Source: Verrucomicrobiota bacterium (lineage in GTDB: Bacteria > Verrucomicrobiota > Verrucomicrobiia > Limisphaerales > UBA11358). Taken from it: a stretch of DNA of 64,000 nt. The notes beneath the pieces were generated by a model, which did no database searches, had not been told where the DNA came from, and saw only the letters and a program-made list of their open reading frames with translations. The stretch spans positions 7,690-71,689 of the forward strand of contig JBEKKZ010000012.1 in assembly GCA_050010435.1 (NCBI GenBank). The letters run 5' to 3'. The position numbers and the translations under genes are program-made. Numbering within the stretch: the first letter of the stretch is position 1; the number at the start of each line of letters is the position of its first letter. Below are positions 7,911-17,700 of this stretch, piece after piece.

Positions 7911-9143
7911 ATGGCCGGTTCCGCCACGACCACGGTCGAAAGCCTTTATATTCACGTCCCGTTCTGCGCGCAGAAATGCGCGTATTGCGCCTTTTATTCC
8001 GAACCGTCCAGCGGCGACCTCATCAACCGCTATGTCGGCGCGCTCATCCGCGAACTGGAACTTGTGGCGCACGATCTTCAGCCACGCACGATTTTCTTTG
8101 GCGGCGGCACACCATCGCTGCTCAACTTGCGCCAGTGGGAACAAATTCTCCGCGCCCGGGAGCGGTTGAATCTGCCGGGCGCGGAGGAATTCACGGTAGA
8201 ATGCAATCCCGCCACCGTTTCGCCCGACAAGGCAAAATTGCTCCGCGACTTCGGGGTGAACCGCATCTCCATGGGCGTGCAGTCACTCGACGAACCATTG
8301 CTCGAACGTCTCGGCCGCATCCACACCCGCGAAATGGTCTTCAAGTCGTTCGACATCCTGCGCCGGGCCGGTTTTGACAATTTGAATCTCGACCTGATGT
8401 TCGCGATTCCCGGTCAGACGATGGAGGTCTGGCGCGCGACCCTGGCCGAGGCGCTGGCGCTCGGCAGCGAGCATTTGTCCACCTACGAAGTCATTTACGA
8501 GGACGACACGCCGCTGTTCGCGCAACTGCAGGCCGGCGAATTTGACGTGGACGAGGACCTGGCCTGCGCGATGTATGAGGAACTGGTGGAACGCGCGACG
8601 GGCGCCGGCTTCCGGCAATACGAGGTGGCCAATTTTGCGCGCGACAAACGCCGGGGAAATGGAGTGATGGAGAATGAGAGTAATGACCGGTTGGTTGCCC
8701 ATCACTCCAACACTCCAACACTCCAGCACTCCATTCCGTCCTTTGCCTGCCGGCACAATGTGAACTACTGGCGCGGCGGTTCGTTTTACGGGCTCGGGCC
8801 CAGCGCGACGGGTTACGTGCGCGGCGTGCGGACGAAGAACTGGTCGAACACGCAACTTTACTGCGAGCAGTTGGAAAAGGGAAAACGCGCCATTGAATCC
8901 CGCGAAGAATTGCCGCCGTTGAAACGCGCGGGCGAAACCGCTGCGTTCGGTTTGCGGATGAATGCGGGCTGGCCGTTTGCCGAATTCCGGCGCGCGACCC
9001 ATTTCGATTTGCGCGACGAGTGGCCGGCGGAAATGAATCAATTGGTGGAACGCGGCTGGGCTTCACGCGACGCACAACAATTTCGACTCACCCCGCAGGG
9101 ATTGCGCTTCGCGGATTCGGCGGCGGAACTGTTCCTGCGTTAA
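7911..9143 (+). CDS. hemW: Radical SAM HemN-family protein (HemW-like heme chaperone / oxygen-independent coproporphyrinogen oxidase-like)
   Basis: LYIHVPFCAQKCAYCAFYS is a CxxxCxxC radical SAM motif. Also GGGTPSLL, and the HemN_C region YEVANFAR...HNVNYWRGGSFYGLGPSA. Confidence 0.85.
   Translation: MAGSATTTVESLYIHVPFCAQKCAYCAFYSEPSSGDLINRYVGALIRELELVAHDLQPRTIFFGGGTPSLLNLRQWEQILRARERLNLPGAEEFTVECNPATVSPDKAKLLRDFGVNRISMGVQSLDEPLLERLGRIHTREMVFKSFDILRRAGFDNLNLDLMFAIPGQTMEVWRATLAEALALGSEHLSTYEVIYEDDTPLFAQLQAGEFDVDEDLACAMYEELVERATGAGFRQYEVANFARDKRRGNGVMENESNDRLVAHHSNTPTLQHSIPSFACRHNVNYWRGGSFYGLGPSATGYVRGVRTKNWSNTQLYCEQLEKGKRAIESREELPPLKRAGETAAFGLRMNAGWPFAEFRRATHFDLRDEWPAEMNQLVERGWASRDAQQFRLTPQGLRFADSAAELFLR
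8655..8737. repeat. Palindromic simple-repeat element inserted in frame inside hemW
   Basis: GGAAATGGAGTG (8655-8666) pairs with CACTCCATTCC (8727-8737). The interior has CACTCCAACACTCCAACACTCCAGCACTCC. It encodes about 30 extra residues (GNGVMENESNDRLVAHHSNTPTLQHSIPS) between the conserved NFAR and HNVNYW motifs. Confidence 0.65.
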
Positions 9144-9145
9144 AA

Positions 9146-9254
9146 TGTAGCGCCGGCGTCCCGCCTGCTTTGGCGAACGCGCCAGTGCGAACGTTTGGAA
9201 AATGAAATTGTTCCGATTTTTTGCCGGCACGAGCAGGCGGGACGCCTGCGCTAC
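9146..9254. repeat. Palindromic REP-like element (GCGCCGGCGTCCCGCC family)
   Basis: TGTAGCGCCGGCGTCCCGCCTGC (9146-9168) and GCAGGCGGGACGCCTGCGCTAC (9233-9254) are inverted repeats. Confidence 0.7.
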
Positions 9255-9342
9255 GTTGCTGGCAATCGGACGGTGAAGGTTGTTCCGGCGGTACAGGCGC
9301 GCAGATCACCGCAACGTGGGACAAGCTGCCCACCAATCCAAT

Positions 9343-10632
9343 TTATTGCGGTTGAATTCCGGCAACGACGGCCGGTGAAGATTTTTTACGGCAGAGATAT
9401 TGCCACGTCAGCAGGGCGGCCAAAATGGCCAGTCCGCCACAGAAGACATAAGGCAGCGGCGCGATGCGCATGTAAAGGGTCGCGGCGAACAGCGGGCCGA
9501 GAATGCGCGCCAGGCTCCCGGCGCTTTGCGCGACGCCGATGGTCGCGCCCTGTTCGTTCGCGGGTGCGAGGTTGGACAGCAACCCGAAAACCGGCGGGCG
9601 CGTCAGACCGGAACCAACCGCCAACAATGCCAGCACCAGAAGCATTTTAATCCACTGCCGGTCGGTGCCGTGAAGAACTGCCAGCCATTTGAGTTGGCCG
9701 TCGCCTTTGATGAACGGCAGGAGGATCAGGCTGATGCCGGTCAGGAAAAGGCTCAGCGAAATCAGTTTCGGTTCGCCGAACATTTTGACCAGCCGGCCGA
9801 TGGCCAGGCCCTGGATGACCGCGCCAATGATGCCGCAAAAGACAAACAGGGAGATGACCGTGGTGGCCGGCTTGGTTTCGTCCACGGTGATGCCGAGGTT
9901 GAAATTGTCGCTGACCAGCAACGGCAGGGTGCTTTCAAAACAACTGAAGGCGAACGTGGCCAGGAAAAAAATCAAGATCAGCAAACCGATATTCGGCTGG
10001 GCCAGCGTGTGCCCCCATTGGGCGAATCGCGGGCGCTTGGGCGCCTGGCTGGAGTCCGGTTTCAAACTTTCGGCCAGGATGCAAAACGCGAGGAAAAAAT
10101 TCGCCGCGCAAAGGGCAGCGGCGGTCCAGCCGGGGCCGGTGGCGCCGAAACATTTCAGGGCGATACCGCTGAGCGCCGGGCCGAAAATGAACCCCAACCC
10201 GAACGCCATGCCAATCAAGCCCATTCGTTTCGACCGGTTTTCCGGCGGCGTGATGTCGGCGATATAGGCTTGGGCGACGGTGATGTTGCCGCCGCAGATG
10301 CCGGCGAAGATGCGGGAGACCAGCAGCGCCCAAAGCGCGGCGGTGTGGTTTTCAAAGCCCGACCCGACGGCAAACAAGACATATGACGCCGCTGCGCCGG
10401 CGGTGCTGATGAGCAAAATCGGCCGGCGACCGTGCCGGTCGGACAGTTTTCCCCAGATCGGCGAGAAAACGAATTGCATGGCAGAAAACGAGGCAATGAT
10501 GGCGCCGATGACAAAGCCGCTGGCTCCGTAGTGTTTGCTGTAAATCGGGACCAGCGGCACGACGATCCCAAAACCGATGAGGTCAATGAAGACCGTCAGG
10601 AAAACGACGAGCAACGATGGTTTGCGGTTCAT
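9343..10632 (-). CDS. MFS transporter (drug:H+ antiporter / Tet-like family)
   Basis: 429 aa with about 12 TM segments. MNRKPSLLVVFLTVFIDLIGFGIVVPLVP... and GKLSDRHGRRPIL (MFS motif A). Confidence 0.85.
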   Translation of the reverse strand: MNRKPSLLVVFLTVFIDLIGFGIVVPLVPIYSKHYGASGFVIGAIIASFSAMQFVFSPIWGKLSDRHGRRPILLISTAGAAASYVLFAVGSGFENHTAALWALLVSRIFAGICGGNITVAQAYIADITPPENRSKRMGLIGMAFGLGFIFGPALSGIALKCFGATGPGWTAAALCAANFFLAFCILAESLKPDSSQAPKRPRFAQWGHTLAQPNIGLLILIFFLATFAFSCFESTLPLLVSDNFNLGITVDETKPATTVISLFVFCGIIGAVIQGLAIGRLVKMFGEPKLISLSLFLTGISLILLPFIKGDGQLKWLAVLHGTDRQWIKMLLVLALLAVGSGLTRPPVFGLLSNLAPANEQGATIGVAQSAGSLARILGPLFAATLYMRIAPLPYVFCGGLAILAALLTWQYLCRKKSSPAVVAGIQPQ

Positions 10633-10691
10633 GTTTTTGGCGGCGCAAAGTCTAGTTGTGTTTGCGAATGAGTCAAATCTTCCGGTTTGGA

Positions 10692-10753
10692 CTGTAGCGG
10701 CGGTCTGTGAGCGCCGGTTGAATTTTGCGCCGGGTCACAGACCGCCGCTACAG
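10692..10753. repeat. Hairpin REP (CTGTAGCGGCGGTCTGTGA / TCACAGACCGCCGCTACAG)
   Basis: Perfect 19-bp inverted repeat, arms at 10692-10710 and 10735-10753. Confidence 0.8.
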
Positions 10754-10843
10754 CCACATGGCGAATAACTTTGTGAATTGGTTGCGAACGAGTATTTGGA
10801 ATTCTCACTTGTGGCCGATTCAAATTAGCAGTCTTCTGTTCGC

Positions 10844-12316
10844 ATGATTGATTCCATTTCCGAGACCGCCGGGGCAGGGGCAGATTTGAAGAAAACGCGC
10901 CGACAAAAGGCGGCTCGCGGGGACACCCGTTCCATCATTGACCGGTTGCCGCCACATTCGCCGGAGGCCGAGCAGGGCGTGCTGGGTTGCGCGCTGCTTT
11001 CGCCAAACGAATGCGTGGGCGAGTGCATCGAAAAGCTCAAGGACGGCGGCCAGGAAGTTTTCTATGACCTGCGGCATCAGACGATTTACGAAATGCTGGC
11101 GGCCATGTTCAACGAACGGATGCCCATTGACGTCATCACCGTTCAACAACGCCTCAAGGACAAACAGCTTTTGGAACAGGTCGGCGGCATTGCTTATCTG
11201 GCGCAACTTCAGGATGCCGTGCCGAGCGCGGCGAATCTTTCCTACTATCTCGACATCGTCCGCGAAAAATTCCTGCTGCGGAAAATGATTGCCACCTGCA
11301 CGGATGTGGTCGGGCGGGTTTATGATTACGAAGGCGAAGTGGATGCGCTGCTGGACGAGGTGGAGCGCGATATTTTGCGCATCAGCGAGTCGCGCGCGCA
11401 AGGCAGCGTGCTCTCAACCAAGGAACTGGTGGGCAAGGCCATCGGGACGATTGAAAATTATTTCAGCCGCAAAGGCGTGTTGAACGGCCTGGCCACGGGC
11501 TTCACGGATCTGGACCGGATAACGGACGGTTTGCACGGGAGTGAAATGATCGTCATCGCCGCGCGCCCCAGCATGGGCAAGACATCGCTGGCGATGAACA
11601 TCGCGGAGCACGTCGTGCTGGAGCAAAAGTTGCCGGTGGCCGTGTTCAGCCTGGAAATGAGCGCGGAGGCGCTGGTGTTGCGCATGATGTGTTCGCTCGC
11701 GCGGGTGAATCTGCGCAGCATCCGCGAAGGCTTCATGAGCGAGTCGGATTTTCCGAAGCTGACCAGCGCGGCGGGCCGGCTGGCGAGCGCGCCGTTGTTC
11801 ATTGATGATTCGGCGGCGCTTTCGATTTTGCAACTGCGGGCGCGGGCGCGGCGGCTGGCGCAGCAGCACGGCATCAAGCTTTTCGTGATTGACTACCTGC
11901 AATTGCTGCATTCTACTGCGCGCCGGGCACAGGAAAACCGGCAGCAGGAAATCTCGGACATTTCCAGCGGCATCAAGGCGCTGGCGAAGGAATTGAAGGT
12001 GCCGATGCTGGTGCTCAGCCAGTTGAACCGCGAATTGGAGCGGGACAAAAGTCGCAAGCCGCGGTTGTCCGATTTGCGTGAATCGGGCGCGATTGAACAG
12101 GACGCCGATGTGGTGGGTCTGCTGTACAAGCCAAACGCCGGCGAAGATGAAGATGGCGCCGCAGTGGAAGAGCCGGATGGACTGCCGATTAATCTGTTGA
12201 TTGCGAAGCAGCGCAACGGCCCCACGGGTGATGTAAACTTAACCTTTTTGAAACCGTACACTCGTTTTGAAAGCGCAGCCAAAGTCAGCGACGAAGATGT
12301 GCCGGTGGACCGATAG
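10844..12316 (+). CDS. dnaB: Replicative DNA helicase DnaB
   Basis: PPHSPEAEQGVLGCALL. Walker A AARPSMGKTSLAMN. Also IDYLQLL and SQLNRELE. About 490 aa, no intein-sized insertion. Confidence 0.95.
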   Translation: MIDSISETAGAGADLKKTRRQKAARGDTRSIIDRLPPHSPEAEQGVLGCALLSPNECVGECIEKLKDGGQEVFYDLRHQTIYEMLAAMFNERMPIDVITVQQRLKDKQLLEQVGGIAYLAQLQDAVPSAANLSYYLDIVREKFLLRKMIATCTDVVGRVYDYEGEVDALLDEVERDILRISESRAQGSVLSTKELVGKAIGTIENYFSRKGVLNGLATGFTDLDRITDGLHGSEMIVIAARPSMGKTSLAMNIAEHVVLEQKLPVAVFSLEMSAEALVLRMMCSLARVNLRSIREGFMSESDFPKLTSAAGRLASAPLFIDDSAALSILQLRARARRLAQQHGIKLFVIDYLQLLHSTARRAQENRQQEISDISSGIKALAKELKVPMLVLSQLNRELERDKSRKPRLSDLRESGAIEQDADVVGLLYKPNAGEDEDGAAVEEPDGLPINLLIAKQRNGPTGDVNLTFLKPYTRFESAAKVSDEDVPVDR

Positions 12317-12319
12317 ACG

Positions 12320-14785
12320 ATGAAATTATTTTCGCGCCTGTTCGGAATCTGGTTGTTGCTCGGCTGCGCGTCGGTCGCATGGGCGCAGCCGACCGGCCCG
12401 AAAATTGACCGCGTGGACGTAAAGTATATCGGCCCGACTTCCGTCAGCGAACAATTTGTTCGTTCCAACATCCGCCTCAAAGCGGGCGACATTTATCTTC
12501 CCATGGCCACCGGGGACGACCTCCACGCGCTCTATGCGACCGGGCAGTTTTACAACATCCGCGTCACGGCGGAACCGGCCGATGACGGCGGAGTGGTGCT
12601 CACCTACGTGGTGCAGGCGCGGCCGCGGCTGACGGACATCAAGATTCAGGGCAACAAAAAACTCAGTGATTCCAAAATCCGGAAAAAAATCACCGTGAAA
12701 ACCGGCCAGCCACTCGACGAGCAAAAACTGTTCAACGACAGCCAGGAAATCCGGAAGCTTTACGAAAAATACGGACGGGCCGGCACGCAGGTGAAATATG
12801 TTGTGAACGTCGACGAAAATGCCGGACGCGGCACGGTCATCTTTGAAATCACCGAAGCTTCGAAGATTAAAATCCAACAGATTGATTTGATCGGCACGGC
12901 GGCTTTCTCGCAAAAGGAACTGCGCAAACAACTCAAGACCAAACGGCGCTGGATGTTTTCATGGCTGACGGGCAGCGGCGTGTTCAAGGAGGACGATTTC
13001 GACGACGACCGCGACCAGCTCGCCGAGTTTTACCACAGTCGCGGTTATCTTGATTTTGAAATCAAGGACGTGAAGCTCGATCACCCGGCGACAAACAAAA
13101 TGGTGATTCGCTTTTACATTTATGAAGGACGGCAATACAAGGTCGGCTCGGTCACCTTCACCGGCAACAAACTTTTTAATGCGGAGGAAATCCATCGCGG
13201 CCTGCAATCCGTCCACAACTTCGAGCATGCCAAGGACAAGCTCGGCCCGCACGGCCTGCCCATGGACGCCGGCGACATTTTCACGCCCAGCGGCCTGAAC
13301 AAGGACACGCAGGCCATCGAGGATTTTTACGGCAGCAAGGGTTACATTGACGTTGTGCGGGGACCGACGCTGCGCGCCGCGTACATTCCGAACGTGGAGA
13401 CGGGCACGATGGATCTGGAATTTCAAATCAAGGAAGGGCAGAAATCCCACGTCGAAAAAATTGACATCCGCGGCAACAACAAGACCAAGGACAAGGTCAT
13501 CCGCCGCGAACTGGCCATTTCCCCGGGTGAAACCTTCGACATGGTGCGCGTCAAAATCAGCAAGCAGCGTCTCGAAGGCTTGCAGTATTTCGACAAGGTG
13601 GATATGCGGCCGGAGGCGACCGACCCGCCGATTGCCGGGCGCAAGGATTTGATCGTAAACGTGGAGGAACAGAACACCGGCAACTTCATGCTCGGCGCGG
13701 GCTTCAGTTCGGTGGACGCGCTGGTCGGTTACGCCGAGGTGACCCAGGGCAATGCCGACCTGTTCCATCCGCCCACGTTCACCGGCGCCGGCCAGAAACT
13801 CCGGCTCTTCGTTCAACTCGGCACCAAGCGCCAGGACTACGAACTTTCGTTCGTCGAGCCGTGGTTTTTGAACCGCAAGCTCGCGCTGGGCGTGGACCTT
13901 TACCGGCATCAATTGAACTTCGAGAGTCCGAACAATATTTACGACGAGGCCCGGACCGGCATGCGCCTGAGCCTGACCCGCGCGTTGTGGAGCGACTTTT
14001 TCATCGGCAGCATCAGCTACACGCTCGAAGACGTGGGCATTTCCCTGAACAGCGGGTTTCATGGCAACGAAACCAAACTGGCAGGTTCTCCCCCCGTCCC
14101 AACAGTCATTCCGCGAAACGTGCCGAATGCCATCCTTGATCAAACCGGCGATAATTTGTACAACCGTTTCGGCATAACTCTTGCCTACGACACGCGCAAC
14201 AGCGTGCAATTGCCGAATCACGGCCAGCGGACGGAAATTGACCCGGAATTCAGCATCGGCGACACCACGTATTACAAAGTTGAAGCCAAAACCGCCTGGT
14301 ATTTCCCCGGCCTGTTCAAAGGTCATGTGATTGAGGTGGTCGGACGCGCCGGCATCGCGGACAGCCTGAGCGGGGGCGACGTGCCGTTTTACGACCGTTA
14401 TTATCTTGGCGGCCTCTATTCGCTGCGCGGTTTCAGATACAACAGCATTGCCCCGCGCGAAACGCCGCGTTTTCCCGGAGTAATCCAGGATCCGATTGGC
14501 GGCGACAGTTACTGGTTGGGCTCGGTGGAATACAGCCTGCCCATTTTTGAGAAGGACAACGGTCCCGGCGTGCGCTTCGCCATGTTCTACGATGTTGGCG
14601 ACGTTGGCGCGCAACCCTATTCGTTTTCAGGAAATTTTGATGACAACTGGGGCCTTGGCTTGCACATCAACATTCCCAAGCTCGGCCCGTTGCGGCTTGA
14701 GTATGGCGTGCCCATCCATCATGATCAATACAACGGCAGATCCGGACGGTTCCAATTCGGTGTCGGCTGGCAACGTCCTTTTTAA
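12320..14785 (+). CDS. bamA: Outer membrane protein assembly factor BamA (POTRA repeats + Omp85 barrel)
   Basis: Signal peptide MKLFSRLFGIWLLLGCASVAWA. Repeated POTRA-like I..I.F.GN units. C-terminal barrel ending FQFGVGWQRPF. Confidence 0.95.
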   Translation: MKLFSRLFGIWLLLGCASVAWAQPTGPKIDRVDVKYIGPTSVSEQFVRSNIRLKAGDIYLPMATGDDLHALYATGQFYNIRVTAEPADDGGVVLTYVVQARPRLTDIKIQGNKKLSDSKIRKKITVKTGQPLDEQKLFNDSQEIRKLYEKYGRAGTQVKYVVNVDENAGRGTVIFEITEASKIKIQQIDLIGTAAFSQKELRKQLKTKRRWMFSWLTGSGVFKEDDFDDDRDQLAEFYHSRGYLDFEIKDVKLDHPATNKMVIRFYIYEGRQYKVGSVTFTGNKLFNAEEIHRGLQSVHNFEHAKDKLGPHGLPMDAGDIFTPSGLNKDTQAIEDFYGSKGYIDVVRGPTLRAAYIPNVETGTMDLEFQIKEGQKSHVEKIDIRGNNKTKDKVIRRELAISPGETFDMVRVKISKQRLEGLQYFDKVDMRPEATDPPIAGRKDLIVNVEEQNTGNFMLGAGFSSVDALVGYAEVTQGNADLFHPPTFTGAGQKLRLFVQLGTKRQDYELSFVEPWFLNRKLALGVDLYRHQLNFESPNNIYDEARTGMRLSLTRALWSDFFIGSISYTLEDVGISLNSGFHGNETKLAGSPPVPTVIPRNVPNAILDQTGDNLYNRFGITLAYDTRNSVQLPNHGQRTEIDPEFSIGDTTYYKVEAKTAWYFPGLFKGHVIEVVGRAGIADSLSGGDVPFYDRYYLGGLYSLRGFRYNSIAPRETPRFPGVIQDPIGGDSYWLGSVEYSLPIFEKDNGPGVRFAMFYDVGDVGAQPYSFSGNFDDNWGLGLHINIPKLGPLRLEYGVPIHHDQYNGRSGRFQFGVGWQRPF

Positions 14786-14786
14786 T

Positions 14787-17700
14787 ATGATTCGTTTTGC
14801 AAAAATTATTCTATTGGCGGGGCTTGGCGGGCTTGCGCCTGGTCTGCTGACGTTGTCGGCCCCGGCGGCGCAACCCGTCGCCGGGCCGGCCAATCTGCCG
14901 CTTTACTTTGAAGCCAACCAGGGACAGGCCAATGTTCCGGCGCCATTCATCGCGCGCGGACACAATTATCAATTTTTAATTTCGCCGACCGAAGCCCAAA
15001 TTGTGCTTCGCAAGGCCACCGTCGAATCCGTGACCGTGCGGATGCAGTTTGTTGGCGCCAACGCGCAGGCGCAAATCCGCGGCGACGCCGAATTGCCCGG
15101 CAAAATCAATTACCTCACCGGCAACGGCCCCGCGCAATGGCACACGGGCGTGGCCACGTTTGCCAAGGTCCGCGTCGGCGAGCTTTATCCCGGCATCAAT
15201 CTGGTTTACTACGGCAACCAGCAACAACTGGAATACGATTTCGACATCGCGCCGGGTACGGACCCCGATGTCATCGCGATCCATTTCGACGGCACGGACA
15301 AAATTTCAATCAATCCGCAGGGCGAACTGATTCTGGGCCTGGCCGGCGGTGAAATTCGCCAGCCCAAACCGGTGATTTACCAGACGATTGGCGGCACGCG
15401 AAAGGAAATTGCCGGCGGTTACCGGTTGGTGGACACGTACACGGTGGCCTTTACCATCGGCCAATATGACCGGAGCCAGCCGCTGGTCATTGACCCCCTT
15501 TTGAGTTATTCCACCTACTTCGGCGGCAGTGCCGGTGACACGGCTTGGGCGGTGGCTTTGGACACGAATGGTAATGTTTATATTGCCGGCCAGACATTTT
15601 CCAAACAGTTTAGCACGAACGAATCTTTTTCCACGCCGGGCGCCTTTCAAACAAATTTTGCCGGGGGCAAATTGACCGGGGACGCCTTTGTCTTCAAGCT
15701 TGATGCTGCATCCGGCTATCCGGCTTACATCACCTATCTCGGCGGCAGCGCCGACGACGGTGCCTTCGGCGTGGCGGTGGATTCCGCCGGCAATGCCTAT
15801 GTGACCGGTTTTACAGATTCGACCAATTTCCCAACCACCACCAACGCGCTTTACAAGAAAATCAGCGGCATACTGGACACAAGTTTTGGCTATTATCCGA
15901 TTGACGCCTTCGTGACGGAATTGGATTCCAGCGGCTCCAATCTGGTTTATTCGACCTATCTCGGCGGCTCCAGCATGGACTGCGGCATGGGGATTGCCGT
16001 GGATGCGACAGGTAATGCCTACGTGACCGGTTTCACCTATTCCAGCAATTTCCCGACGGTCAACGCGCTGCAAAGTAAACTGGCCTGCACCAATTCCTTT
16101 TACTTCAACGCCAACGCCTTCATCGCCATAATCGGTCCCGGCGGCACGAACCTGATTTATTCCACTTACTTTGGCGGCACCAACTTTGACGAAGGCAAAG
16201 GCATCGCCGTGGACACCAATGGATTTGTCTATGTGACCGGCTTCACCGCCTCGACAAATTTCCCCACCACCAATGCGGTGTATCAAAAGATGGTCCGGAC
16301 AAACATCGTGGTAAACGGCCTTATATCCATCACCAATACCATTACCAATATCTGGAACGGTTATTTGCTCAATGGTTCGACGAACAAGACTTCCAGCGAC
16401 GACGCCTTTGTCGCCAAATTCGATTTCACCGGCACGAATCTGAATCTGATCTATTCCACCTTCCTTGGCGGCACGAATAACGACGTGGCCAATGGCATCG
16501 CCGTTGACAACAACGGCGCCGCCTATGTCACCGGGTGGACCGTTTCGACGAATTTTCCGAACACCGTCGGCACGAACATGGTCGGACTCCATTCGTTCGT
16601 GGCCACCAACACCTCGCTCAGAGTCCTGGCCACCAACGTTTTCCTGACCAAGATCATCACCAATGGCACGCAAGCGGTTATTGCCTGGTCCGCCATGTTC
16701 GGTGGCAAAGGCGCGGACATCGGCTACGGCGTGGCGGTGGACCCGGCGGGTAGTAACGTGTTTGTGACGGGCTCAACTTCCTCGACCAATTTTCCGACCG
16801 CCAACGTCCCGGGATACCTGCACGCGACCAATTCCGGCAAGAGTGACGCGTTCGTCATTGCGTTTGACACCACCGGCTCGAACCTGCTCTATTCAACCTA
16901 CCTCGGCGGCAAGGAGAACGACTTTGGTTACGGCATCGCGGTGGATGCGAATGACAACGCCTATGTCGTCGGCCAGACGCTCTCCACGAATTTCCCGACA
17001 CTCTATGCCGATTATCCCAGCCGCAACGGCACAAACGACGCCTTTCTGACCACGATCATGCTGACGGTGCCGATGCCGACAATCACGACACAACCGGCAA
17101 GCCAAACGAACGCTGTGGGTTCGACCGTCACATTCTATATCGAAGGAACGGCGTATTCGCCTTACTTCCTTCAATGGCAGAAAAACGGGACGAACCTGGT
17201 GAATGGAACGAACCTGGTGGATGGGGGAAGCATCATCAGTGGCGCAACCAACGTCACCCTGACCATCAGCAACGCGCAGACGAACAACGATGGAAACTAC
17301 TCGGTCATCCTCACGAACTACGGTGGATCGGTGACCAGTTCCAATGCGTTCTTGCTGGTGACGAATGTCCCGCCGGAGATCGGAATACAACCGGCCAGCC
17401 AGACAAACGGGGTGGGAACGACTGTGACCTTGGCTGTCATCGTGACCAACGGGACGGCGCCGTTGAGTTACCAATGGTGGGTGGACGGGACGAACCTGGT
17501 GAAGAATGGAGGCCACTTCAGTGGCGCGACCTCCAATGTGCTGACCATCAGCAACGTGCAACTGACCAACAACGGCAGCTACACGGTCATCGTCACGAAC
17601 ATTGCCGGATCGGTGACCAGTTCCAGTGCCATCCTGACGGTGCTTTCGTCGCCGGTGATCTTTGTGCAACCAACGAACCAGGCGATAGCGGTGGGATCGA

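Noticed and set aside
7283-7933. 216-aa minus-strand ORF
   Set aside because: It is antisense to the strongly supported csp gene and its leader, and has no motifs.
10844-12316. Intein or insertion in dnaB
   Set aside because: The length (490 aa) and contiguous motifs leave no room for an intein. There is only a ~35-aa basic N-terminal extension.
14496-14786. Upstream extension of the giant ORF overlapping the 3' end of bamA
   Set aside because: The extension has no signal peptide and overlaps the conserved BamA barrel. A canonical signal peptide starts at the ATG at 14787.
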